Shown here piece by piece: positions 10,975 to 21,495 of a stretch of 64,000 bases of DNA. A program made the position numbers and the translations under genes. Location of the stretch: assembly GCA_963819655.1 (NCBI GenBank), contig CAWFXA010000001.1:512001-576000 (forward strand), in the 5' to 3' direction. Numbering within the stretch: position 1 is the stretch's first letter; each line of letters begins with the position of its first letter. The stretch comes from an uncultured Chloroflexia bacterium. GTDB lineage: Bacteria; Chloroflexota; Limnocylindria; Limnocylindrales; CSP1-4. The notes under the pieces are model-generated. The model did not search any database, was not told the origin of the DNA, and saw nothing but the letters and a program-made list of their open reading frames with translations.

Positions 10975-11008
10975 ACAAACAGAAGACCCTCGCCTCCCGG
11001 CGAGGGTC
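10975..11008 (-). terminator. attenuator terminator hairpin of the ilv-leu operon
   Basis: Minus strand GACCCTCGCC-GGGA-GGCGAGGGTC followed by TTCTGTTTGT, lying between the leader peptide and ilvB. Confidence 0.8.
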
Positions 11009-11035
11009 CCTTCGGTAGTGCGTGGTTCGTGACGC

Positions 11036-11173
11036 CTAGCGTCCGTCCCTCCGCGTCCCTCCGTTCTCCCGCCGGGAGCCGGTAATGAGGCCAAGAAGGC
11101 CATCAAGCCCCAGAAGCGAGCGAAGAAGCGAGAGGAGCGATACGTCGCCGAACGGGTTCGACTCGATCGGCAT
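11036..11173 (-). CDS. Leu-rich attenuation leader peptide (ilvB/leu leader)
   Basis: MPIESNPFGDVSLLSLLRSLLGLDGLLGLITGSRRENGGTRRDGR: 10 Leu (6 encoded by CTT), plus GTA-Val and ATT-Ile; directly precedes a terminator. Confidence 0.8.
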   Translation of the reverse strand: MPIESNPFGDVSLLSLLRSLLGLDGLLGLITGSRRENGGTRRDGR

Positions 11174-11295
11174 GTGGACGCGGCGGCCATCCGTCGTGAT
11201 CACGACGGCGACGGTGCGGCGATCCTGTCGATCGAAACGGCCCAAGCTGGCCTCCAAACGCTGACCCGCGCGGGTACGACCCTGCGGTTGGCCGC

Positions 11296-11323
11296 AGTCT
11301 AGCAGGGATGCACGACCCGTCAA
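11296..11323 (-). promoter_or_regulatory. sigma70-type promoter of the ilv-leu operon
   Basis: Minus strand TTGACG-N16-TAGACT with an extended TG. Confidence 0.6.
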
Positions 11324-11461
11324 CGTTCCCCCGATGGTCCTGGGTCTGCCCGATACGTGGCGAGATGCTCGTGCAGCGCCCCTGAGGTCGCTAGTCGCGT
11401 GACGGCCGGCACACCGGCCCAACGGGCCGCTCGACCGGTCATCCGCACCGCGGCCGTCTGG

Positions 11462-11666
11462 CGTTGACCGACGGTCAACGTTTTGGACGCGAAGGGCTCC
11501 GGGTCTGGTGGTCGGCACCCTTTCGTTGGCCGACGGTCAACGCTTATGGGCGAGAGCTGCTCCAGCCCGGTAGTCGTCGCTGATTCGTCGACCGACGGTC
11601 ACCAGATCGACGAGAAACGAGCCCCGGTCCGCCGATCGGTCCGATATCGTTGACCCACGGTCAGCG
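11462..11666. repeat. array of four 19-bp palindromic repeats with exact 62-bp period
   Basis: CGTTGACCGACGGTCAACG (11462), CGTTGGCCGACGGTCAACG (11524), CGTCGACCGACGGTCACCA (11586) and CGTTGACCCACGGTCAGCG (11648), separated by three 43-bp divergent spacers. Confidence 0.85.
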
Positions 11667-11673
11667 CGCCGGG

Positions 11674-13364
11674 TCAGGCGCCGGCCCCGAAGCCGGACAC
11701 GGAACGGAACCCCTCGCCGAGCCGCAGGCCCTGGCTGCGGATGAGCTCCTCGAGGTCGAGCGTCTCCGTCGACGGCCGCTCCAGGGGCACGCCGAGCAGG
11801 TAGCCCTGGCCCGCCCGGATCCCCAGGGAGCGGACGAACTCCAGCTGCTCGACGGTCTCGACACCCTCCGCGATGACGAGCGCGCCCCAGCGGTCGGCGA
11901 GGTCCTTGAGCGTCAGGACGACCTCCTGCGACGTGGCCCGGACGACGCCGCCCTGGACGAGCGACAGGTCGATCTTGACGATGTCGAAGCGGAGCTGGGA
12001 CAGCAGCCGCAGACCGGCGTTGCCGGCGCCCACATCGTCCGCGGCGATCCGCATCCCGGCGGCGCGGCAGGCATCGACCGCGCGGGTCAATCGCTCCATG
12101 TCCTCGACCGCCTCTCGTTCGGTGAGCTCGAGGACGACCCGTCCCGGGTCGACGCCGTTGCGATGGAGAAGCTGCACCAGCCCGTGCACGCTGAACTGGT
12201 CCGACTCGAGCGAGCGCGGGGAGAGGTTCAGCGTCAGGCTGCCGGGCAGGGACAGCCGGGCGAACGAGGCGATCGATGTCGTCAGGCAGGCCAGATCGAG
12301 CTCGACGGTCCGGCCGAAGGCCTCGGCCGCGGTGAACAGGTCGGTGGCGTCCGTGAAGCCCGACCCGGGCATCGGCCGGCTGAGGGCCTCGAACCCGCGC
12401 GGCCGACCCGAGCCCAGGTCGAAGATCGGTTGGAAGACCGTCGTCAACGCGCCGGTCGCGGCGACACGGGCGACGAGCGCCGCTCGACCGGCGTCGGATC
12501 GCTCCATCCCCGGCGAGCCGTGGCGTTCGGGCTCGAAGATCGAGACGCACGTCCGGCCGTGCTTCTTGCCGTACGCCAGCGCGGCGTCGGCCTCGCGGTA
12601 CAGCGTTGCGCGATCCCGCGCGGTGCCTGGGACCGCGGCGATGCCCACCGTGAACGACCACGGCTGGGCGATCGCCGTCCCGGGCCGTCGGCCGTCGTCG
12701 ACCCCCCGATCGAGGACCGTGGCCAGGACCCGGCGCATCGCCAGGTAGGCGCCGTCTGCATCGACGCCCGGCATCAGGACGGCGAACTCATCGCCCCCGA
12801 TCCGGAACACCTGGTCGCCCCGTCGAAGGCCCGCGGCGAGCAGGCCGCCGACCCCGACCAGGACGCGGTCCCCACCCGCGTGCCCATCGGCTTCGTTGAC
12901 CTTGCCGAAATCGTCCAGGTCCAGGATCGCCAGGGCGAGCCGGCTGTTGTGGCGGGTCGCGCCGACCCACTGGCGCTCGAGCTCCTCCTGGAAGGCCCGG
13001 TGGTTGCCGAGACCGGTCAGGGCATCGCGCAGCGATTCCGCACGCGCTCGGGTGTAGGCGTCCTCGAGGACGACGCGCGCCCGGTCGAGCCGTTCGGCTG
13101 GTTCGAGGATACGTTTCGCCATCCACACCGTGAGCCAGGCGAGGGCGATCGTGATGCCCGCGATGCCGGCCATCGGCAGGAGGATCGATTCGCCGTCGCC
13201 GATGGTGAGCGCGTAGATGATCGGCGCGCCAGCGCGACCGGGATCGTGAACATCGTGACCAGAGCCAGGATCAGGCGCAGGCGGACGACGCGCAGGTCGG
13301 TCGACCCGTCGAAGATCGTCTGCTCGGGCTCGCGGGCGTCGTGGGTCGGGGGGCTGGTCTGGAT
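11674..13364 (-). CDS. membrane-anchored GGDEF-EAL diguanylate cyclase/phosphodiesterase (indel near 13228)
   Basis: RIGGDEF, FEALSR, DDVGAG and EGVET motifs. The first TM helix ([17 protein letters not shown]) lies in the adjacent frame. Proposed start is ATC 13364 after GGAGG. Confidence 0.85.
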
Positions 13365-13546
13365 GTCGGGGCCTCCGGATCGGGACGATGCTCCGGTCGG
13401 ACGTGGACACGCGCGGTCGCCTCGTTTATACGCCGCCCGCTGGTGGCGCGTACGGGCACCGTGGTACCGCACGCCATAGGACCTCCGGTCCCTCTGCTAC
13501 CCTCTCCCGACCGCACGACCAGCCCACCGGAGACCCGCGCCCCGCC

Positions 13547-14986
13547 ATGACCGCGCCTCGCACGATCATCGACAAGATCTGGGCCGACCACGTCGTGACC
13601 CAGGACCCGGGCGCCCCGGCCGTGCTCGCCGTCGACCTCCACCTCGTCCACGAGGTCACCTCGCCGCAGGCGTTCACCGGCTTGCGCGAACGGGGTCTGA
13701 CAGTCCGCCGGCCCGGGCAGACCGTCGCGACCGCCGACCATTCCATCCCGACGACCCCGCGCGACCTGCCGATGCTCGACCTACAGGCGGCGGCACAGAT
13801 CGGCCAGCTCGAGCGCAACTGCGCCGAATTCGGGATCCCGCTCCACGGCATCGGCTCGCCGTCGCAGGGCATCGTCCACGTCATCGGCCCACAGCTCGGC
13901 CTGACCCAGCCGGGCATGACGATCGTGTGCGGGGACTCGCACACGTCGACGCACGGTGCCTTCGGCGCCCTGGCGTTCGGGATCGGGACGAGCGAGGTCG
14001 AGATGGTGCTCGCGACCCAGACGCTCCTCCAGCGCCAGCCGAGGAGTTATGAGGTGCGGGTCGACGGGCGGCTCGCCCCGGGCGTCTCGGCGAAGGACAT
14101 CATCCTTGCCCTGATCGCACGGATCGGGGTCGGCGGCGGGACCGGCCATGTGTTCGAGTACCGCGGCGACGCGATCCGGGCGCTGACCATGGAACAGCGC
14201 ATGACGATCTGCAACATGAGCATCGAGGGCGGTGCACGCGCCGGCCTGATCGCCCCTGATGACACGACGTACGAATACGTCCATGGCAGGCCGCACGCGC
14301 CGCAGGACGCCGAGTGGGATGCGGCCGTCGAGCGCTGGCGCGGCCTGCCGACCGACGATGGGGCGGCGTTCGACCGGTCGATCACGATCGACGCGGATGG
14401 CCTGGAGCCGATGATCACGTACGGCACGAACCCCGGCATGGGTATCCCGATCACGTCGCGCGTCCCCTCCCCGTCCGACGAGGCGGATCCGGCGCAGCGT
14501 CGCGCGCTCGAGCACGCGCTCGCCTATATGGACCTGCAGCCCGGGCAGCCGATCCTCGGCCAGAAGGTCGATGTCGTGTTCGTCGGATCGTGCACGAACG
14601 GGCGTATCAGCGACCTGCGGCTGGCGGCCGCGGCGCTGAAGGATCGGCGCGTCGCCGATGGCGTGCGCCTCATGGTCACGCCAGGGAGTGACGAGGTGAA
14701 GCGCGAAGCCGAGCGCGAGGGCCTCGCCGAGGTCTTCAAGGCGGCGGGAGCGGACTGGCGCGAGTCTGGCTGCTCGATGTGCATCGCGATGAACGGCGAC
14801 CAGCTGACACCCGGCCAGTACGCCGTCAGCACGTCCAACCGCAACTTCGAGGGTCGCCAGGGCAAGGGCGGCCGGACCTTCCTGGCGTCGCCGTTGACCG
14901 CTGCCGCATCGGCGATCACCGGCGTCGTGACCGATCCGCGGACGCTGCCCGGCATCGAAACGCTGACCGCCGTCGGGGGCCGCTGA
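13547..14986 (+). CDS. leuC: 3-isopropylmalate dehydratase large subunit
   Basis: [31 protein letters not shown] and [12 protein letters not shown] motifs. Confidence 0.96.
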   Translation: MTAPRTIIDKIWADHVVTQDPGAPAVLAVDLHLVHEVTSPQAFTGLRERGLTVRRPGQTVATADHSIPTTPRDLPMLDLQAAAQIGQLERNCAEFGIPLHGIGSPSQGIVHVIGPQLGLTQPGMTIVCGDSHTSTHGAFGALAFGIGTSEVEMVLATQTLLQRQPRSYEVRVDGRLAPGVSAKDIILALIARIGVGGGTGHVFEYRGDAIRALTMEQRMTICNMSIEGGARAGLIAPDDTTYEYVHGRPHAPQDAEWDAAVERWRGLPTDDGAAFDRSITIDADGLEPMITYGTNPGMGIPITSRVPSPSDEADPAQRRALEHALAYMDLQPGQPILGQKVDVVFVGSCTNGRISDLRLAAAALKDRRVADGVRLMVTPGSDEVKREAEREGLAEVFKAAGADWRESGCSMCIAMNGDQLTPGQYAVSTSNRNFEGRQGKGGRTFLASPLTAAASAITGVVTDPRTLPGIETLTAVGGR

Positions 14987-14988
14987 CC

Positions 14989-15609
14989 GTGGGCGAGCCG
15001 TTCCGGATGTTCACGAGCAAGGTCGTCCCGATCGACGCTGAGAACGTCGACACAGACCAGATCGTACCGGCCCGTTATCTCAAGGTGACGGATAAGGCCG
15101 GCCTCGCGGAGGCCCTCTTCCGTGACTGGCGGTTCGAGGAGGACGGCTCGCTCAAGACGCCCTCGTTCATCCTGGATACGCCGGGCATGGCCGGCCGTCA
15201 GATCCTCCTGGTCGGCAGCAACTTCGGGTCGGGCTCGTCACGCGAACACGCGCCATGGGCGCTGACGGCGTGGGGTGTGCGCGCCATCCTGTCGACCGGC
15301 TTCGCGGACATCTTCCGCAGCAACAGCCTCAAGAACGGCCTGCTGCCGATCGTCGTGACACCCGATGTCCATGACCGGTTGCGCGAGATCGTCGCGCGCG
15401 ACCCGGACGCCGAGCTGACGGTCGACCTCGCGGAAGAAGGCGTGTTGCTGCCGGACGGTTCGACGATCGACTTCGAGGTCGACCCGTTCGCCAAGCGCAT
15501 GTTGCTGGCGGGCACCGACGAGCTCGGGTACCTCTTGTCCAAGGCGCACGACATCGACGCCTGGGAGGCGTCGCACCCGCCCTTGATCGAGACTCGCGCG
15601 GCGAGCTGA
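14989..15609 (+). CDS. leuD: 3-isopropylmalate dehydratase small subunit
   Basis: NVDTDQIVPARYL and NFGSGSSREHAPWAL motifs. Confidence 0.95.
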   Translation: MGEPFRMFTSKVVPIDAENVDTDQIVPARYLKVTDKAGLAEALFRDWRFEEDGSLKTPSFILDTPGMAGRQILLVGSNFGSGSSREHAPWALTAWGVRAILSTGFADIFRSNSLKNGLLPIVVTPDVHDRLREIVARDPDAELTVDLAEEGVLLPDGSTIDFEVDPFAKRMLLAGTDELGYLLSKAHDIDAWEASHPPLIETRAAS

Positions 15610-15657
15610 CGCCGACCGTTGGACGAGTGGCAGACATCCAGCCAGTCGGGCTGTCTC

Positions 15658-15684
15658 GGAACCGCGCGACGCCCCTTGCCGTCT
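15658..15684 (+). promoter_or_regulatory. ECF-sigma-type promoter
   Basis: GGAACC-N16-CGTCT ends 8 nt before ATG 15693, which has no SD (leaderless arrangement). Confidence 0.45.
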
Positions 15685-15692
15685 CCGCAGCC

Positions 15693-16217
15693 ATGAACAT
15701 CATCCGATCCACCGGTCGCCTCGGCGCCGGTCTTCTCGCCATTGCGCTCCTGGCGGCGTGTGCGAGCGGCGGCGCCGCTCCTTCAACGGCGCCCACCCAG
15801 CCGCCGGCCGATGCGCCCGTCACGGCACCGCCCAGTGACGGCACGGGCGTGAACCCAAATCCCGATCCGGGTATCGGCGCCAAGCCGATCGTCCCGAAGC
15901 CGGGTCAGGCGATCGATGTCCATCCCGTCGTCGCGGACACCATCGCGGCGCGCGTCGATGGCAACAAGATCCTCGTCACGGTGACCTGGACGAGCGGGGT
16001 CGAGCCGTGCACGATCCTCGACTCGATCGTCGCCACCAAGGGCGACGGCACCTACACGGTCACTCTGAACGAGGGCAGCAACCCGCAGGAGATCGCGTGC
16101 ATCGCGATCGCCGAGCAGCACGTGACCGAATTCGAGATCCCCGATGTCGCGGCCGGGACGTGGACGATCAGCGACTCGGGCGGCGTCGCCCCGCCGGTCG
16201 AAGTGACGGTCGGCTGA
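15693..16217 (+). CDS. lipoprotein of unknown function
   Basis: Signal peptide with lipobox LLAAC, Pro/Thr linker, and a WTSGVEPC...ACIAIA domain with a Cys pair. Confidence 0.75.
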   Translation: MNIIRSTGRLGAGLLAIALLAACASGGAAPSTAPTQPPADAPVTAPPSDGTGVNPNPDPGIGAKPIVPKPGQAIDVHPVVADTIAARVDGNKILVTVTWTSGVEPCTILDSIVATKGDGTYTVTLNEGSNPQEIACIAIAEQHVTEFEIPDVAAGTWTISDSGGVAPPVEVTVG

Positions 16218-16315
16218 CCCTCCGGCCCCCGCACCGGCCACCCTCGACCACCCAGGAATGCCCCGGACCTGACCGGCCCGGGGCATCCTCATGAGCCCTG
16301 TGCGACGATCGGCGC

Positions 16316-17502
16316 GTGAACCCGCTCGACCTCGTGGCCATCCTGCTGGTCATCCTCGCCGTCGTTCTCGGGTTCAACTCCGGAGCGCTGCCCCAGGTCG
16401 GCGGCCTGCTCGGTGCCGTCGGTGGCGGCGCGCTCCTCGTCCTTGCGTTGCCGGTCGTCGTCGGGCCGCTCGACAGCGTTCCCGTCAACGTGCGCCCGTA
16501 CGTCGTGCTGGCCGGCCTGCTGATGGCGGTCGGGATCGGCGAATCGGTCGGCTCGGCCATCGGCCGGACGGCGGCGCGGTCCCTGGGGAGCGGGTTCCTC
16601 GGGGCCGCCGACCGCCTGGCGGGCAGCATCACCGGCGCTGCCCAGGCACTCCTCATCGTGTGGCTCGCCGGCGGCCTGCTGGCGATCGGCCCGGTGCCAC
16701 GTCTGACCGAGGCCGCCCAGACGTCGACCGCCATCCGGACACTCAACGCGGTCCTGCCGCCGCCCACGGAGATCGCCACCGGGCTGGGTAGCCTGCTCGA
16801 CGACTCGGGCCTGCCCGACGTGTTCGTCGGCTTCGAGCCGCTGCCGCGCCCACCGGTCGACGATGCCGACCGACGCGACGGCGCGTCAGATCGCCGAGCA
16901 GGCCGGCGGCAGCACGGTGCGGATAGTCGCCGGTGTCTGCGGCGCGCAGGCATCGGGCAGTGGCGTCGTCGTGGCCGACGGGTACGTCGTCACCAACGCC
17001 CATGTCGTCGCCGGGGCACGGGATGGGGCCGTCACGGTCTCGACCGTCGGCGGCGACCGCGTCGGCGCGCGGGTCGTCCTGTTCGACCCGGCGCTCGACG
17101 TGGCACTGCTCCTCGTGCCGGACCTCCGAGCACCGCCGCTCCGGTTCGCGACCGCCGATCCGCGGCGCGAGACGGATGGCGCGGCGCTCGGCTACCCGGG
17201 CGGCGGCTCCCTCACGATCGTAGCCGGCGGCCGTGACCGGCGCGTACCGGGCGACGGGTCGCGATATCTACGGAGAGGCTCGGGTCGATCGCAACATCCT
17301 CGAGCTCCGGGCCAAGATCGAGCGCGGCGACAGCGGCGGCCCGTTCGTGCTGCGGGACGGCACGATCGGTGGCCTCGTCTTCGCCGAGGCGCGGACCGAC
17401 CAAGAGGTCGGCTACGCGTTGAGTCCCACCTCAGTAGCGGTCAGGATCGCGCCTGGCCTGGGCCGCACCGGCGCAGTCGACACAGGTCGCTGCCTGCGCT
17501 GA
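16316..17502 (+). CDS. MarP-family membrane serine protease (CvpA-like TM domain plus trypsin domain), two apparent indels (~16862, ~17222)
   Basis: Four N-terminal TM helices, then TNAHVV (His), DVALL (Asp) and GDSGGP (Ser), spread over three consecutive track ORFs. Confidence 0.8.
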
Positions 17503-17503
17503 G

Positions 17504-17920
17504 TCAGTTCGTGTGATCCGGCGTCAGGGTCGCGATCCACGCGGCAATGACCCGCAGGATCTTGCCCTGGATCTTCGGGTGTTCGGAGAGCAGGGACGTG
17601 AACTCCCGGTGACCGACGACGAGGAGGAGTGCCGGTGTCGTGGCGGTGGCAGTCGCCGTGCGCGGGACCTTGCCCAGCATCGCCAGCTCGCCGAAGAAGT
17701 CGCCAGGGCCGAGATCGCGGAGGTGGCGACCCCCACGGCTGATCTCGATCGTGCCATCGAGCACGATGAAGAACTCCTCCGCTGTGGCGCCTTCCTTGGT
17801 GAGGACCTTGCCGGCCTTGACGGACACTTCGTCCGCGAGCCGACCGACATCGCGCAACTCCTTGGTGCCGAGTCCGGCGAAGAGCGGCACCTTCGAGAGC
17901 ATCGTCAGCTTCTCGTCCAT
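17504..17920 (-). CDS. stand-alone cyclic nucleotide-binding domain protein
   Basis: VPLFAGL and the phosphate-binding cassette GDFFGELAMLGKVPRTATA. Confidence 0.88.
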   Translation of the reverse strand: MDEKLTMLSKVPLFAGLGTKELRDVGRLADEVSVKAGKVLTKEGATAEEFFIVLDGTIEISRGGRHLRDLGPGDFFGELAMLGKVPRTATATATTPALLLVVGHREFTSLLSEHPKIQGKILRVIAAWIATLTPDHTN

Positions 17921-18033
17921 CGGTCCTGGGATCCCTCCGTGTCGGCCCGTATGTCTGCGTCCCGGAGGATACGCGCTCGGCGTGGCGCTCGAAAGAGCCC
18001 TCGGACGGGGTCCGGGCTGGCTATCCTTCCGGG

Positions 18034-19701
18034 ATGCCGCAACGGCTCGCGGGCCGCCTCGAGCCGGCGGTCGGCGCCCTCCGGACCGCGATGGCGGATA
18101 GCGCAGTCCGTCGGCTCATCGTCGCCTGGTTCGCGGTGGTCGCCGGCAAGTGGGCCCTGCTGGTCACCACCCTCGTCATCGCCTATGAGCAAGGCGGCAC
18201 GGTCGCGGTCGGGGTCCTGGGTGTCGTGCGTTTTCTCACGCCGGCCATCTTTGCGCCGTTCGCCGGGGTGCCCGCGGCGCGCTGGACGGCGCTCACGGTG
18301 CTGCGCGCGACCAACATCGCCCGGACCATCGCGGTCGTCGCTGTTGCCGTGGTCGTCGCGATCGACGCGCCTTTCGTCGCCCTCGCGCTGGTGGTCGGGC
18401 TCGAGGCAGGCCTCGGCGCATTCACGCGGCCCCTCCATATGGGGCTGCTGCCGGCATGTGCCCGCTCCCCCGATCAGCTCGTCGCGGCGAACGTCACGTC
18501 GAGTGCGGCAGAAGGCCTGGGAACGTTCGTGGGACCTGCCGTCGCGAGCCTGCTGCTGGTCTGGACCGGACCATTCGGCGCGATCGTCGCGGTCGGCGCG
18601 CTCTATGCCGCCGGGGTGGTGGCGCTCGCCCAGGCCCATATCCAGGTCGTCGGTCGACGGGACGCACGAGGGGGTCCGGACGAGGTCCTGGACGAGATCC
18701 TCGCCGGTGCCCGGGCCGTGGGCCGGCTACCGGGTCCGCGCCTCGTGGTCATCGGTTTCGCGCTTCAGACGTTCGTCCGCGGCCTGCTCACGGTGCTGAC
18801 GGTCGTCGCCGCCATCGAGCTTCTCGGGATGGGCGAACCGGGGGTCGGCACCCTCAACGCGGCGATGGGTCTTGGCGGGCTGGTCGGCGCCGCGGCGTCG
18901 ATCGCGCTCGCCGGTCGGGCGCGACTCTTCCCGGCGTTCGTCGTCGCGCTCGCGGGCTGGGGTGCGCCGATCGCACTCATCGGCCTGCTGATGAACCCGA
19001 CCGCGGCGATCGTGGCCATGATCGCGGTCGGCGTCAGCAACGCATTCCTCGACGTCGCCGGGTTCACGCTCGTGCAGCGGACGACGCCGAATGAGGCCCG
19101 TGTCGCCGTGCTCGGGCTGATCGACGGCGTCGCCAACCTCGGCCCGGCCATCGGTGGGATCGTCGCGCCGCTCCTGATCGCGGGTGCCGGCGTGCAAGGA
19201 GCCCTCGTGCTCACCGGTGCGCTGCTCCCGCTTGTCGCCGTCGCGCTCGGGTTCGCCTCGAGGGGCCTGGACGAGGGCGGACCCGCTGCGGCCCGGCGCG
19301 TCGAATTGCTGCGTGGCCAGCCGCTTTTCGCGCCGCTGTCGCTGGCCATCGTGGAACACCTGGCCGCATCCCTGGTCCCGGTCCCGTTTGCCGCCGGGAC
19401 ATGGCTGATCCGGGAGGGCGACGTCGGCGACGACTACCTCCTCATCGACGAAGGCGAGGTCGAGATCAGCCAGGGCGAGCGCCTGCTTGGGACGGGCGGC
19501 GCCGGGCTCGGCGTCGGTGAGATCGCGCTGATCAACGACATCCCGCGCACGGCATCGGTCCGCGCCGTCACTCCGGTGACGGCGTTCCGGATGGATCGCG
19601 ACGCGTTCCTCGAGGCGGTCACAGGTCACGCACAGAGCGACCTCGCCGCGCGCACGCTCGCCGCGGAGCGGCTGGCATCGGACCGCGGACGCGGCGCCTG
19701 A
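18034..19701 (+). CDS. MFS transporter with C-terminal cNMP-binding domain
   Basis: About 12 hydrophobic segments, then QPLFAPL...VGEIALINDIPRTASV. Confidence 0.85.
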   Translation: MPQRLAGRLEPAVGALRTAMADSAVRRLIVAWFAVVAGKWALLVTTLVIAYEQGGTVAVGVLGVVRFLTPAIFAPFAGVPAARWTALTVLRATNIARTIAVVAVAVVVAIDAPFVALALVVGLEAGLGAFTRPLHMGLLPACARSPDQLVAANVTSSAAEGLGTFVGPAVASLLLVWTGPFGAIVAVGALYAAGVVALAQAHIQVVGRRDARGGPDEVLDEILAGARAVGRLPGPRLVVIGFALQTFVRGLLTVLTVVAAIELLGMGEPGVGTLNAAMGLGGLVGAAASIALAGRARLFPAFVVALAGWGAPIALIGLLMNPTAAIVAMIAVGVSNAFLDVAGFTLVQRTTPNEARVAVLGLIDGVANLGPAIGGIVAPLLIAGAGVQGALVLTGALLPLVAVALGFASRGLDEGGPAAARRVELLRGQPLFAPLSLAIVEHLAASLVPVPFAAGTWLIREGDVGDDYLLIDEGEVEISQGERLLGTGGAGLGVGEIALINDIPRTASVRAVTPVTAFRMDRDAFLEAVTGHAQSDLAARTLAAERLASDRGRGA

Positions 19702-19725
19702 AGCCGTCGCCCTACACTGCAGCGC

Positions 19726-21495
19726 ATGCCCGACCCGTCCGCGCCGGCACCGTCACACCCGTACGACCGGCCGACCGACCCGGCCAAGCGCCATTCGTCG
19801 GCCCTGACCGATGGCCCCGATCGGGCCGGCGCCCGGGCGATGCTCAAGGCGATCGGCTTCACCGACGAGGACCTCGCCAAGCCGCTCGTCGGCGTCGCGA
19901 CGACGTGGATCGAGACGATGCCGTGCAACTACAACCAGCGCCGGCTGGCCGAGTCGGTGAAGGACGGGATCCGGGCGGCGGGCGGCACGCCGATGGAATT
20001 CAACACGGTCTCCGTGAGCGACGGCGTGTCGATGGGCACCGAGGGGATGAAGGCATCGCTCGTCAGCCGCGAGGTCATCGCCGATTCGATCGAGCTCGTC
20101 ATGCGCGGCCATCTGCTCGATGGCGTCGTCTGCCTGGTCGGCTGTGACAAGACCATCCCGGGAGCGGCGATGGCGCTCGGGCGCCTCGACGTCCCGGGCA
20201 CGATCCTCTACAACGGCACGATCTACCCCGGCGTCTATCGCGGGCAACGAAACGCGACGATCGTCACGGTCTACGAGGCGATCGGCGCATATCGGGCAGG
20301 CAAGATCAGCCTCGACGAGCTGTACGAGATCGAGAACGTGGCGTGCCCCGGTCCGGGCGCGTGCGGCGGCCAGTACACCGCCAACACGATGTCGACCGTG
20401 ATGGAGTTCATCGGCCTCTCGCCAGCGGGTTTGAACGGCATCCCGGCCGAGGACCCGGCCAAGGACGAGGCAGCGCGCAAGACCGGCGAGCTCGTGATGG
20501 ACCTCGTCCGCCGCGACGTCCGGCCATCGAGGTTCGTCACACGCGCGTCGCTCGAGAACGGCATCGCCAGCGTGGCCGCGACCGGTGGCTCGACCAACGG
20601 CGTGCTGCATCTGCTCGCGATCGCGCACGAATTCGGAATCGACCTCGACATCGACGACTTCGGAGCGATCGCCGATCGGACCCCGATCGTCGCCGACATG
20701 CACCCGGGCGGCCGCTACCTGGCCGCCGACATGTACGACGCGGGCGGCATCGGTCTGGTCATGCGCGAGCTGCTGAAGCGCCCGGGCCTGCTGCAGGGCG
20801 ATGCGCCGACTGTCGACGGCCGGACCATCGCGCAGATCGCCGCGGACGCCAGGGAGACCGAGGGCCAGAAGGTCGTGCTCCCGATCGATACCCCGCTCAA
20901 GCCGACCGGCGGGCTGGCGATCCTGCGCGGCTCGCTGGCACCGGATGGCTGTGTCGTGAAGCTGGCAGGGCACGAACGCCGGCTGCACCGCGGGCCGGCG
21001 CGCGTGTTCGACTCCGAGGCGGCCTGCTTCGAGGCCGTCAGCGACCGCCGCATCGTCCCGGGCGACGTCGTCGTGATCCGGTACGAGGGGCCGGTCGGCG
21101 GACCCGGGATGCAGGAGATGCTGAGCGTGACCGCCGCGCTGGTCGGCGAGGGTCTTGGCGACGAGGTCGCGCTGATCACCGACGGCCGCTTCTCGGGCGG
21201 CACGCACGGACTGATGATCGGCCACATCGCACCGGAGGCCGCACTCGGCGGGCCGATCGCGGTCGTCGAAGAGGGCGACGAGATCGTCATCGACGTCGAT
21301 CGGAAGGCGCTCGACCTGGACGTCCCGGTCGACGAGATCACGCGCCGGTTGGCCGCCTGGACACCGCGCCCGCCGAACTACGTCGGCGGCGTGCTGGCGA
21401 AGTACGCGGCGCTGGTCGGTTCGGCGTCTTCCGGGGCCGTGACGACGGGCGGCCGGATGGCCGCCAACCTCACGGGGCCGCGCATCGCTCCATGA
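19726..21495 (+). CDS. ilvD: dihydroxy-acid dehydratase
   Basis: [25 protein letters not shown] and TDGRFSGGT motifs. Confidence 0.95.
   Translation: MPDPSAPAPSHPYDRPTDPAKRHSSALTDGPDRAGARAMLKAIGFTDEDLAKPLVGVATTWIETMPCNYNQRRLAESVKDGIRAAGGTPMEFNTVSVSDGVSMGTEGMKASLVSREVIADSIELVMRGHLLDGVVCLVGCDKTIPGAAMALGRLDVPGTILYNGTIYPGVYRGQRNATIVTVYEAIGAYRAGKISLDELYEIENVACPGPGACGGQYTANTMSTVMEFIGLSPAGLNGIPAEDPAKDEAARKTGELVMDLVRRDVRPSRFVTRASLENGIASVAATGGSTNGVLHLLAIAHEFGIDLDIDDFGAIADRTPIVADMHPGGRYLAADMYDAGGIGLVMRELLKRPGLLQGDAPTVDGRTIAQIAADARETEGQKVVLPIDTPLKPTGGLAILRGSLAPDGCVVKLAGHERRLHRGPARVFDSEAACFEAVSDRRIVPGDVVVIRYEGPVGGPGMQEMLSVTAALVGEGLGDEVALITDGRFSGGTHGLMIGHIAPEAALGGPIAVVEEGDEIVIDVDRKALDLDVPVDEITRRLAAWTPRPPNYVGGVLAKYAALVGSASSGAVTTGGRMAANLTGPRIAP

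Noticed and set aside
2920-10975. Long antisense and alternate-frame ORFs (e.g. 2920..5241, 5807..7606, 8918..10975; likewise 46617..49133)
   Set aside because: These are shadow ORFs expected from high GC3 codon bias opposite well-supported genes; they carry no motifs.
11462-11666. Canonical CRISPR array
   Set aside because: The repeats are only 19 bp and degenerate, the spacers resemble each other, and no cas genes or AT-rich leader are present. Kept as an unexplained repeat array.
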